A stretch of 63,266 nt of DNA, filler included, from Stramenopiles sp. TOSAG23-6 (Eukaryota): assembly GCA_900128565.1 (NCBI GenBank). It is 10 parts of 10 records of this genome, joined end to end, with 100 filler letters (N's around TTAATTAATTAA, not from the genome) between each part and the next. Parts side by side here need not be neighbours in the genome. Positions count along the whole stretch, not along the records: positions 44,371 to 50,602 come from LT636743.1; positions 50,703 to 56,934 come from LT636744.1; positions 57,035 to 63,266 come from LT636745.1; 7 more parts are not named here. One strand, written 5' to 3'. Positions 50,301 through 63,266 of the stretch are shown one piece after another. The position numbers and the translations under genes were made by a program. Each line of letters begins with the position of its first letter. The first letter of the stretch is position 1. The notes under the pieces are model-generated. The model saw nothing but the letters and a program-made list of their open reading frames with translations. It was not told the DNA's origin and searched no databases.

Positions 50301-53300
50301 ACACTTGAAAATATACTTTTTATAGTTGGCCAAATTCGATTGTATCTGACATTAAATAGACCAATAAAATGTTGTAATGCAAAACGAACGTATATACGAG
50401 GCAAGCGACTGTTCTGCAAATACACTTTAATATGTTCCATTCTTGCTCTTACGTCACGATCGCTTTCAAAATCTCTTGATTTTCTTTCGATGAATAATAA
50501 TTGTTCAAATAAAAGACATTCTGTCCCAGGAATATTTCGTGTTGTACTATTTTCAGAATTATTTTCAGAATTATTTTCAGAATTATTTTCAGAATTATTT
50601 TCNNNNNNNNNNNNNNNNNNNNNNNNNNNNNNNNNNNNNNNNNNNNTTAATTAATTAANNNNNNNNNNNNNNNNNNNNNNNNNNNNNNNNNNNNNNNNNN
50701 NNTTTTGGAAAAATATTTCAAAAAAAATCTAAAAAAATTGTTAGGTACAAAATTTACAATAAAACAAATTCGATTTTTTTTTTACCGGAAAAAAAAAAAA
50801 ATAAAACATACATGATATCATTGGTCAATAATCTTAATAATGTTTCATATTTTTGAGATATTTTTGATGTTGCACAGGAAAGAAATAACTTTTCAATGGC
50901 CATGAGAGATTGGTATACTTTTGCATCTTTTTGAGATTGAGTACTTATATCATCATCATCCATATTTTCAACATCATTTACATTTAACTCAGTATCTACT
51001 TCAGTGAGTAAAATATCTTTAATACCAAAGATGGATGTCTGTACATATTTGGTACAAGATAATAATGCGTCAGGTCTAGCATCGATCAATATACCAATTA
51101 ATTGGGCAGCAGCAAGTCTCAATTTATCTTGTTGAGATGAAATCCATTTCATTACAAATTCAATCATTTCTTCTGCTTTTTGAAGAGAACACTTTCTCAG
51201 TAATAAATTCAAGGTATTTGATATCATACGCCGACAATCTGAGTTATGTATTTTGGAAAAATATTTCAAACAAAATCTAAAAAATATTGTTAGGTACAAA
51301 TTTTTTTTGAAAAAAATAAATTCGATTTTTTTTTTTTTTCGGTAAAAAAAAAAAAAAATAAATAAAACATACATTATCATTGACAAGTCGTAAAACAAGA
51401 GGAAGAAACAATAACCCTGATTGATCATCAATTAGTTCTTTTGGAAACTTTTGAATAATTTTACCTAGAAATTTTAATAATGATAGTCGACCTGTATCGT
51501 AGGGAAATGATAAATTTTTCATTACATGATCAATATGATTTTGTAATCGTTTCTTGCCTAATGGAAATAAAATTAAGTATAACATCAAAACTTCAGAACA
51601 TGAAGAACGGATTATATCATGCTGTGACGTCACCATACAATCCTGTAACTGTTCCATCAGAGTATACATCTCAACCGTCACAGTTTTTCTCTTGACTAGA
51701 GTTTTAATTAACTCAAAAGATGCTTTTTGTTTTTTTGGTATTTGAATACCCGACGATAGTAAATCAATCAAACACGATATTTGATTTGGGGTCAAAGTAT
51801 AGTCTGAATGATGGCGTAGTAGAACACTAAGTGTGTGAAAACAACCTTGTGCCAAGTCAGCTTCTGCTGCTGCACCAAAATGGCCCAATACAGATAATAA
51901 TCTGTTTACAATTCGAGGCATGAAAGACGGTAATGAAGGTAATTTCCACGAACTTAGTAATGACAGACATTTCATACTGAGCAACATTAATTGATCATTT
52001 TTTGTTCGATCACAACAACGTGTTAATAATCCAAGAATTGGATCCAATAGAGATAAATGTGATACATCATTTCGCTGTAATTTACCTTTTTTAAGAAAGG
52101 AATATAAAGCTAATAAGGCATACTCTACAACAACATACTCATTTGCAGTAGCATAAGAGTGGTCGATGCCACGTGTCGTTAAACATTTACCACCAGTCAA
52201 CCTTGGCTCGGGCAATACTTCATAATTATCAGCTTTATGACCATTACTTAATTTCATCTTTGAAGTTGTATCATCTGTATTGACTAACCATTTTTCGACT
52301 TCTACATTACCTTTTCCAGATTCAATTTTCATTCGACGTTTTGTTGTTGCTTTTGTATACCCAGATACAATTTTTTGTAAATAAATCATTAGATGAGGAA
52401 TTTCTACACTATTATTTTGTACTAATCCTAAAGTAGCTCTTCGAAAAAGTTCTCTTATTTTGTTAATCGTTTTTTTGTCAACAGTTTCATTTAATTTTTC
52501 GCGAAGTGGTGTAAGAACAACATGAACGGCATCTGAAGGAAGAAATTGCATTGAAGTGAATAAAATTTCAAATGTGTCAAAACTTTTACACGTTTTGACT
52601 TCACGCATTTGACGATGAGCATTTGAAACACCTGAATCAATTTCCTTTTGAATCGATGCCTGGCCAAAAATATCTTCTAACACAGTAGCTAATACAGTAG
52701 GAATTATTCGCCATATTACCGAGTGATCCATTGGAACTTCTTTCGCGTCAAGAGCCTCATAAAACTCTTCAGGATGGAGTTTACTTTCAGAATCATCATC
52801 ACCACGTTCCTGACGCCATTTCAGTCTTTGATCTTTCCGAAATTGTTGTTGTTCATTCATTTCAATAATACTTTTCTTCATTAATTCAGTCTCAGGTTGA
52901 AGTAAAGATTTATCATAGAGATTACGAAGTACTGCATGTAGCGTATATCCCATAATGTGTACCATATAACCCTTATTCAAAGCATCATGTAATTGTTCAA
53001 CAATCATTGGAAGCTTTTGCAAACCAATCAAACACGAAATTTCCACCAACACATTTCGTGCTTCATCTCTTGCGTGTTGTGCTTTAACACGTAACACACG
53101 GCATACAGATCTTGTTAATTGAGATATCGATGGATCACATATTGCACTTGGTAATTGCATAAGTAAACGAGTGAGTGCTAATGCAATCGGTGTTCGTACA
53201 GTTACTTGCGTCAAATCACTATTATGTCCCTCACCTCGACTTACTACACGGCGTATTAATTGCTTTTGTAATGGGGGGAGTAGACGAACTTGGATTGCAC

Positions 53301-56300
53301 GTAATATAGATTGAATGGATACACATTTTGATGTTCCAATAGTAGCATCTGTTTCTGTTTCAATCGTAGCATCGAAATCACTTTTGATATTTTTAGGTAC
53401 AAAAACATGAAAGCCGTCAAGCATCGCACATATTGCACGAATCAAAACCTTTTCAGAATTTGGTTTTCTTGGAACTTCTTCAATTAATTTAGTAATTTCT
53501 GAAATATATTTAGACCAACTCAAACGCTGAGATAAAGGTGTTAACACTCGAATTGCTTCCTCTCTAAGATCTGCTTTTATTGAAGTTTCACTTTCGCGAA
53601 CTTTGGCTAATACTAAAGGTAACAAAATGTGTACCACAGTGAATGGTTTCAAGTCAAGTGAACCTAATGAGCCTTTATCCCCTGCTTGAACACGTAATCT
53701 CTGTAAAGCCTTCACCTGTCTATGAGCTTGAACATGAGTCATATTCAAGAAAAAATCCTGTTCAGGATCTATATGCTGCAACTGCTTTAAATCAGTATGC
53801 ATTGCAGGATGACAATCAGCAGGAAAATGAGACACAACATCTGACAATAACAACAACATTGAATGGCGAACAATAGGCTTTACAAATTGACCTGAAAATG
53901 TTGCTCTAATACCTGGCATCACTGTAGTTAGCATTAATCTATTACAATGAAAATTGGATACTTTTGTAGATAAAAACTTGACAGACAAACTCAGCATCCG
54001 ATGAGCATATTGGCGAATAAGCATTTCATCATTATGTATATCAAACATACACTGACTTAATATAACTTGCAGGAGGATTTGTTGATTGTTTTCTCGCATG
54101 CCAATTTCACATAATTCAATTATTGTATCTGGAATCTCAATTTTCTTTTCTTTGCATTTAGAAATCTTTTTTAATGTTTTTGAATTTTCATTAATAGGTT
54201 TTTTTATATGACTATTTTCTTGATTTTGTTGAATTGATGTTTTCGTCAATATGTCATACACTTTACCACGCTTTACAAAATTAAGTTCTTCTAGACCTTC
54301 CCAGCTATTTAGATCAGAAATGAATGAAGAAACAGTAGTAAACCAAGTCATATCAGATCTTTTTCCAATAGTAGAAAATACATCCACTAATAATTGACGT
54401 GTTACACGATCGTCATATCCACACATACTTGCAGCAGGACCAAGTAATGTCGCAAACAAGCCAATGTGTGACATGATTACACATTTTGGAACAATAGACA
54501 CTAAGGATAGCAAGACTCGTAAAACATTGTTTTTGATTGCTATAGTTGCACGAGCAGCAGGGCGTAAAAAGGGTACAATTAGTTTTACTAATGGGGCAGC
54601 AATTGTCGAGGATTTGATATACTTACTAATCTGTGATAAGATTGCTAATGCACGAGGAGCAAAAGGTGACTTCACAATTCGTTTATCACTTCCACCGAAA
54701 CGGCTTGTGAAACATGTCAATATTTTTGGAATATATGAACGTAATAAACCTTCTGTACTTGTTGCTTTTGACGTTTGAGGTAGTAAATGTTCTACAATAC
54801 TCAATACAGCTGAAACGACGCTTTCACTGACATCTTCACAGAGACAATCTAATGCTGCACTTAAAGGGCATATTTCATTTTGAACATTTTCATCTATTTT
54901 TTCATCGTCAACGTTTTCATCTACATTTTTATACTTATACACCAACATATTCGAGACGTCCTCATGCTGACTAGCCAAAACTTGAATAAAGTTCAATAAT
55001 GCTGAAGGTTTAGTAGCCCCAATGAGTGAAGAAGACAAATTTTCAACACTACTTTGTAATGCATTCATATATATTTTGTACCAAAATGACCAATTGTAAT
55101 CCGGATAGGTTTCAATAATAATCGACATTACATTGATACATAAAGAACGCAATTGTCTTCCATCTCTACCAGTAATATTTGAACTAATGCATTGTAGACC
55201 AATGATTGCTGGTAACACAACATGTAATTTTGGTCGAAATTTTTGTCCAAATTGTTTTACCATATCAATACATAAATTAAGAAATCCAATACGCCTTGCA
55301 CGACTTACACCATTGTTATATACATTTGCTTGTGCTACTTCAATTACACTTGACACACGGTCTTCAACATCTTTGACGCTGACAGGAAATGAAACGTTAT
55401 CACAAGTATCAAATACAAATAGGTTTTCTTCTTTCGATGAAGATAAATTCGAAATTCGTACAGGATAAAAAGGACGAATGGCATGACTTGCAATAAATCC
55501 CAACTCTTTCGGTTTTAATGTAGACAAATACGCGAGAACTGCATTACGACGATTTGATACACTTTCCTTCGCTTTCATTTTTCGTTCAATAATTCTACCC
55601 ATCAACAACCGAACAATGATTGGAATAATTCCATTGCGATATATATCTGGTATACTTCCACACAAACCTGCTTCATTTTCTGGTTCAAGTTTTAAAGTTC
55701 GCATTTCATCTTTCCACGTGTCACGATTAGATAGTCTTAGTAATGCAGAACTATATTGATTTAAACTACCTTGTTTAAAAGCTAAAACACATTTTAAAGC
55801 AGAGGAAGATATTTCAGATTTACCTAATAAAATTACACAAGATCTATGTAATCTCCTGGATTCATAATTACCCTTTAAATTTTGAAAAGTCGAAAATAGT
55901 TCTAGAAATGCAGCAATGCGTTCATTAGTGCTTTTTATGCTTACACCATTATGTACATCATTATTATCCTCATCATCATCATCAGAAGTCTTAGCAAATG
56001 TTTTGTTCATCATTTGGTTTGACATAAACGTTTTAATTATTTCTTTTTCTGAAATTTCATTTTGTGTAGAAATTGATAACAATTCCCAAGCATCAGGATC
56101 ATTTTGAAATGATATATTACTATATTCACAAGCAATGCATCGAAAAAATAACGAAATTAAAAATTTGTTTTTAGATTCTGCTAAAGTTGGCATGCCTTGT
56201 AGTAGTTGTAATAGTAAAGACAATTTTTTACTAGGACCCGTAGGATCAGTATCAACAAACACGAAACCAGCGACTGACGATGAACGTAAAGCACGATTAA

Positions 56301-59300
56301 ATGAAGAAAATAATGAAATCACATTTTTCGTGTTTTTCGTATTGAATATTTCATCTTTTGATCTCTGACCAGTTAGTTTTGCACGTAAATTTCGACGTTT
56401 TCGATTCTCATGTTCAACAAGTTGTTTCGTTTTAACTGTGTGATCCTGATTTATTTGATTCATATTACATAAAATGTCAAGATTTTCAAGATTTTCAAGA
56501 TTTTCTCTTTCTTTTTGTACATCCATTGAAGACTGACCATACCCACCACCCAATTCCTGCTCAAATATAGCACGTGTCAATTGACGAGCAGCAAGCGGCC
56601 ACAATAGGCTAGTTACTTTTGGTGTATTCGATACACTTGAAAATATACTTTTTATAGTTGGCCAAATTCGATTGTATCTGACATTAAATAGACCAATAAA
56701 ATGTTGTAATGCAAAACGAACGTATATACGAGGCAAGCGACTGTTCTGCAAATACACTTTAATATGTTCCATTCTTGCTCTTACGTCACGATCGCTTTCA
56801 AAATCTCTTGATTTTCTTTCGATGAATAATAATTGTTCAAATAAAAGACATTCTGTCCCAGGAATATTTCGTGTTGTACTATTTTCAGAATTATTTTCAG
56901 AATTATTTTCAGAATTATTTTCAGAATTATTTTCNNNNNNNNNNNNNNNNNNNNNNNNNNNNNNNNNNNNNNNNNNNNTTAATTAATTAANNNNNNNNNN
57001 NNNNNNNNNNNNNNNNNNNNNNNNNNNNNNNNNNTTTTGGAAAAATATTTCAAAAAAAATCTAAAAAAATTGTTAGGTACAAAATTTACAATAAAACAAA
57101 TTCGATTTTTTTTTTACCGGAAAAAAAAAAAAATAAAACATACATGATATCATTGGTCAATAATCTTAATAATGTTTCATATTTTTGAGATATTTTTGAT
57201 GTTGCACAGGAAAGAAATAACTTTTCAATGGCCATGAGAGATTGGTATACTTTTGCATCTTTTTGAGATTGAGTACTTATATCATCATCATCCATATTTT
57301 CAACATCATTTACATTTAACTCAGTATCTACTTCAGTGAGTAAAATATCTTTAATACCAAAGATGGATGTCTGTACATATTTGGTACAAGATAATAATGC
57401 GTCAGGTCTAGCATCGATCAATATACCAATTAATTGGGCAGCAGCAAGTCTCAATTTATCTTGTTGAGATGAAATCCATTTCATTACAAATTCAATCATT
57501 TCTTCTGCTTTTTGAAGAGAACACTTTCTCAGTAATAAATTCAAGGTATTTGATATCATACGCCGACAATCTGAGTTATGTATTTTGGAAAAATATTTCA
57601 AACAAAATCTAAAAAATATTGTTAGGTACAAATTTTTTTTGAAAAAAATAAATTCGATTTTTTTTTTTTTTCGGTAAAAAAAAAAAAAAATAAATAAAAC
57701 ATACATTATCATTGACAAGTCGTAAAACAAGAGGAAGAAACAATAACCCTGATTGATCATCAATTAGTTCTTTTGGAAACTTTTGAATAATTTTACCTAG
57801 AAATTTTAATAATGATAGTCGACCTGTATCGTAGGGAAATGATAAATTTTTCATTACATGATCAATATGATTTTGTAATCGTTTCTTGCCTAATGGAAAT
57901 AAAATTAAGTATAACATCAAAACTTCAGAACATGAAGAACGGATTATATCATGCTGTGACGTCACCATACAATCCTGTAACTGTTCCATCAGAGTATACA
58001 TCTCAACCGTCACAGTTTTTCTCTTGACTAGAGTTTTAATTAACTCAAAAGATGCTTTTTGTTTTTTTGGTATTTGAATACCCGACGATAGTAAATCAAT
58101 CAAACACGATATTTGATTTGGGGTCAAAGTATAGTCTGAATGATGGCGTAGTAGAACACTAAGTGTGTGAAAACAACCTTGTGCCAAGTCAGCTTCTGCT
58201 GCTGCACCAAAATGGCCCAATACAGATAATAATCTGTTTACAATTCGAGGCATGAAAGACGGTAATGAAGGTAATTTCCACGAACTTAGTAATGACAGAC
58301 ATTTCATACTGAGCAACATTAATTGATCATTTTTTGTTCGATCACAACAACGTGTTAATAATCCAAGAATTGGATCCAATAGAGATAAATGTGATACATC
58401 ATTTCGCTGTAATTTACCTTTTTTAAGAAAGGAATATAAAGCTAATAAGGCATACTCTACAACAACATACTCATTTGCAGTAGCATAAGAGTGGTCGATG
58501 CCACGTGTCGTTAAACATTTACCACCAGTCAACCTTGGCTCGGGCAATACTTCATAATTATCAGCTTTATGACCATTACTTAATTTCATCTTTGAAGTTG
58601 TATCATCTGTATTGACTAACCATTTTTCGACTTCTACATTACCTTTTCCAGATTCAATTTTCATTCGACGTTTTGTTGTTGCTTTTGTATACCCAGATAC
58701 AATTTTTTGTAAATAAATCATTAGATGAGGAATTTCTACACTATTATTTTGTACTAATCCTAAAGTAGCTCTTCGAAAAAGTTCTCTTATTTTGTTAATC
58801 GTTTTTTTGTCAACAGTTTCATTTAATTTTTCGCGAAGTGGTGTAAGAACAACATGAACGGCATCTGAAGGAAGAAATTGCATTGAAGTGAATAAAATTT
58901 CAAATGTGTCAAAACTTTTACACGTTTTGACTTCACGCATTTGACGATGAGCATTTGAAACACCTGAATCAATTTCCTTTTGAATCGATGCCTGGCCAAA
59001 AATATCTTCTAACACAGTAGCTAATACAGTAGGAATTATTCGCCATATTACCGAGTGATCCATTGGAACTTCTTTCGCGTCAAGAGCCTCATAAAACTCT
59101 TCAGGATGGAGTTTACTTTCAGAATCATCATCACCACGTTCCTGACGCCATTTCAGTCTTTGATCTTTCCGAAATTGTTGTTGTTCATTCATTTCAATAA
59201 TACTTTTCTTCATTAATTCAGTCTCAGGTTGAAGTAAAGATTTATCATAGAGATTACGAAGTACTGCATGTAGCGTATATCCCATAATGTGTACCATATA

Positions 59301-62300
59301 ACCCTTATTCAAAGCATCATGTAATTGTTCAACAATCATTGGAAGCTTTTGCAAACCAATCAAACACGAAATTTCCACCAACACATTTCGTGCTTCATCT
59401 CTTGCGTGTTGTGCTTTAACACGTAACACACGGCATACAGATCTTGTTAATTGAGATATCGATGGATCACATATTGCACTTGGTAATTGCATAAGTAAAC
59501 GAGTGAGTGCTAATGCAATCGGTGTTCGTACAGTTACTTGCGTCAAATCACTATTATGTCCCTCACCTCGACTTACTACACGGCGTATTAATTGCTTTTG
59601 TAATGGGGGGAGTAGACGAACTTGGATTGCACGTAATATAGATTGAATGGATACACATTTTGATGTTCCAATAGTAGCATCTGTTTCTGTTTCAATCGTA
59701 GCATCGAAATCACTTTTGATATTTTTAGGTACAAAAACATGAAAGCCGTCAAGCATCGCACATATTGCACGAATCAAAACCTTTTCAGAATTTGGTTTTC
59801 TTGGAACTTCTTCAATTAATTTAGTAATTTCTGAAATATATTTAGACCAACTCAAACGCTGAGATAAAGGTGTTAACACTCGAATTGCTTCCTCTCTAAG
59901 ATCTGCTTTTATTGAAGTTTCACTTTCGCGAACTTTGGCTAATACTAAAGGTAACAAAATGTGTACCACAGTGAATGGTTTCAAGTCAAGTGAACCTAAT
60001 GAGCCTTTATCCCCTGCTTGAACACGTAATCTCTGTAAAGCCTTCACCTGTCTATGAGCTTGAACATGAGTCATATTCAAGAAAAAATCCTGTTCAGGAT
60101 CTATATGCTGCAACTGCTTTAAATCAGTATGCATTGCAGGATGACAATCAGCAGGAAAATGAGACACAACATCTGACAATAACAACAACATTGAATGGCG
60201 AACAATAGGCTTTACAAATTGACCTGAAAATGTTGCTCTAATACCTGGCATCACTGTAGTTAGCATTAATCTATTACAATGAAAATTGGATACTTTTGTA
60301 GATAAAAACTTGACAGACAAACTCAGCATCCGATGAGCATATTGGCGAATAAGCATTTCATCATTATGTATATCAAACATACACTGACTTAATATAACTT
60401 GCAGGAGGATTTGTTGATTGTTTTCTCGCATGCCAATTTCACATAATTCAATTATTGTATCTGGAATCTCAATTTTCTTTTCTTTGCATTTAGAAATCTT
60501 TTTTAATGTTTTTGAATTTTCATTAATAGGTTTTTTTATATGACTATTTTCTTGATTTTGTTGAATTGATGTTTTCGTCAATATGTCATACACTTTACCA
60601 CGCTTTACAAAATTAAGTTCTTCTAGACCTTCCCAGCTATTTAGATCAGAAATGAATGAAGAAACAGTAGTAAACCAAGTCATATCAGATCTTTTTCCAA
60701 TAGTAGAAAATACATCCACTAATAATTGACGTGTTACACGATCGTCATATCCACACATACTTGCAGCAGGACCAAGTAATGTCGCAAACAAGCCAATGTG
60801 TGACATGATTACACATTTTGGAACAATAGACACTAAGGATAGCAAGACTCGTAAAACATTGTTTTTGATTGCTATAGTTGCACGAGCAGCAGGGCGTAAA
60901 AAGGGTACAATTAGTTTTACTAATGGGGCAGCAATTGTCGAGGATTTGATATACTTACTAATCTGTGATAAGATTGCTAATGCACGAGGAGCAAAAGGTG
61001 ACTTCACAATTCGTTTATCACTTCCACCGAAACGGCTTGTGAAACATGTCAATATTTTTGGAATATATGAACGTAATAAACCTTCTGTACTTGTTGCTTT
61101 TGACGTTTGAGGTAGTAAATGTTCTACAATACTCAATACAGCTGAAACGACGCTTTCACTGACATCTTCACAGAGACAATCTAATGCTGCACTTAAAGGG
61201 CATATTTCATTTTGAACATTTTCATCTATTTTTTCATCGTCAACGTTTTCATCTACATTTTTATACTTATACACCAACATATTCGAGACGTCCTCATGCT
61301 GACTAGCCAAAACTTGAATAAAGTTCAATAATGCTGAAGGTTTAGTAGCCCCAATGAGTGAAGAAGACAAATTTTCAACACTACTTTGTAATGCATTCAT
61401 ATATATTTTGTACCAAAATGACCAATTGTAATCCGGATAGGTTTCAATAATAATCGACATTACATTGATACATAAAGAACGCAATTGTCTTCCATCTCTA
61501 CCAGTAATATTTGAACTAATGCATTGTAGACCAATGATTGCTGGTAACACAACATGTAATTTTGGTCGAAATTTTTGTCCAAATTGTTTTACCATATCAA
61601 TACATAAATTAAGAAATCCAATACGCCTTGCACGACTTACACCATTGTTATATACATTTGCTTGTGCTACTTCAATTACACTTGACACACGGTCTTCAAC
61701 ATCTTTGACGCTGACAGGAAATGAAACGTTATCACAAGTATCAAATACAAATAGGTTTTCTTCTTTCGATGAAGATAAATTCGAAATTCGTACAGGATAA
61801 AAAGGACGAATGGCATGACTTGCAATAAATCCCAACTCTTTCGGTTTTAATGTAGACAAATACGCGAGAACTGCATTACGACGATTTGATACACTTTCCT
61901 TCGCTTTCATTTTTCGTTCAATAATTCTACCCATCAACAACCGAACAATGATTGGAATAATTCCATTGCGATATATATCTGGTATACTTCCACACAAACC
62001 TGCTTCATTTTCTGGTTCAAGTTTTAAAGTTCGCATTTCATCTTTCCACGTGTCACGATTAGATAGTCTTAGTAATGCAGAACTATATTGATTTAAACTA
62101 CCTTGTTTAAAAGCTAAAACACATTTTAAAGCAGAGGAAGATATTTCAGATTTACCTAATAAAATTACACAAGATCTATGTAATCTCCTGGATTCATAAT
62201 TACCCTTTAAATTTTGAAAAGTCGAAAATAGTTCTAGAAATGCAGCAATGCGTTCATTAGTGCTTTTTATGCTTACACCATTATGTACATCATTATTATC

Positions 62301-63266
62301 CTCATCATCATCATCAGAAGTCTTAGCAAATGTTTTGTTCATCATTTGGTTTGACATAAACGTTTTAATTATTTCTTTTTCTGAAATTTCATTTTGTGTA
62401 GAAATTGATAACAATTCCCAAGCATCAGGATCATTTTGAAATGATATATTACTATATTCACAAGCAATGCATCGAAAAAATAACGAAATTAAAAATTTGT
62501 TTTTAGATTCTGCTAAAGTTGGCATGCCTTGTAGTAGTTGTAATAGTAAAGACAATTTTTTACTAGGACCCGTAGGATCAGTATCAACAAACACGAAACC
62601 AGCGACTGACGATGAACGTAAAGCACGATTAAATGAAGAAAATAATGAAATCACATTTTTCGTGTTTTTCGTATTGAATATTTCATCTTTTGATCTCTGA
62701 CCAGTTAGTTTTGCACGTAAATTTCGACGTTTTCGATTCTCATGTTCAACAAGTTGTTTCGTTTTAACTGTGTGATCCTGATTTATTTGATTCATATTAC
62801 ATAAAATGTCAAGATTTTCAAGATTTTCAAGATTTTCTCTTTCTTTTTGTACATCCATTGAAGACTGACCATACCCACCACCCAATTCCTGCTCAAATAT
62901 AGCACGTGTCAATTGACGAGCAGCAAGCGGCCACAATAGGCTAGTTACTTTTGGTGTATTCGATACACTTGAAAATATACTTTTTATAGTTGGCCAAATT
63001 CGATTGTATCTGACATTAAATAGACCAATAAAATGTTGTAATGCAAAACGAACGTATATACGAGGCAAGCGACTGTTCTGCAAATACACTTTAATATGTT
63101 CCATTCTTGCTCTTACGTCACGATCGCTTTCAAAATCTCTTGATTTTCTTTCGATGAATAATAATTGTTCAAATAAAAGACATTCTGTCCCAGGAATATT
63201 TCGTGTTGTACTATTTTCAGAATTATTTTCAGAATTATTTTCAGAATTATTTTCAGAATTATTTTC
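44371..63266 (-). repeat. UTP20: Three further copies of the UTP20 contig (44371-50602, 50703-56934, 57035-63266)
   Basis: Same ORF translations and essentially the same contig ends as 19031-25267, which is 5 nt longer at one end. Each copy is separated by an artificial linker. Confidence 0.95.

Noticed and set aside
44371-63266. Apparent tandem amplification of UTP20
   Set aside because: The copies are the same partial contig with matching ends, separated by artificial linkers in a length-sorted concatenation. This is assembly or bin redundancy.

Overview
AT-rich, gene-dense nuclear DNA from a unicellular eukaryote (stramenopile-like by protein style; this is inference). The window is not contiguous. 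It consists of ten contigs of about 6.2 kb, sorted by decreasing length and joined by artificial N-TTAATTAATTAA-N linkers, and four of them are copies of one UTP20 contig. Recognisable genes are an LRR protein, dynamin (truncated), GRASP, a sterol desaturase-like protein, a 2OG-Fe(II) oxygenase, an HDAC, an EF-hand protein, MetAP, an MFS transporter, UTP20, OSGEPL1/Qri7, a DEAD-box helicase, DTD, DUF1295, a CABLES-like cyclin, tRNA-Ser, an FHA protein, a TALE homeobox protein and CCDC124. The main finding is a family of about 100-nt, sequence-related introns, most of which lack the 3' AG. Restoring the reading frames gives 13 GT-AT, 2 GT-TT, 1 GT-AA/CA and only 3 GT-AG family members, plus one unrelated canonical intron. 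They share GTAYGT-(T-rich)-[GTACGAAATTTYGTAC palindrome]CTAAC-(about 40-45 nt)-AAAATACAT. They also show an AT|GT...AT duplication and terminal inverted complementarity, which suggests an introner origin and AG-independent, distance-defined 3' splice-site selection. All splice junctions are inferred from protein conservation and frame; there is no transcript evidence.
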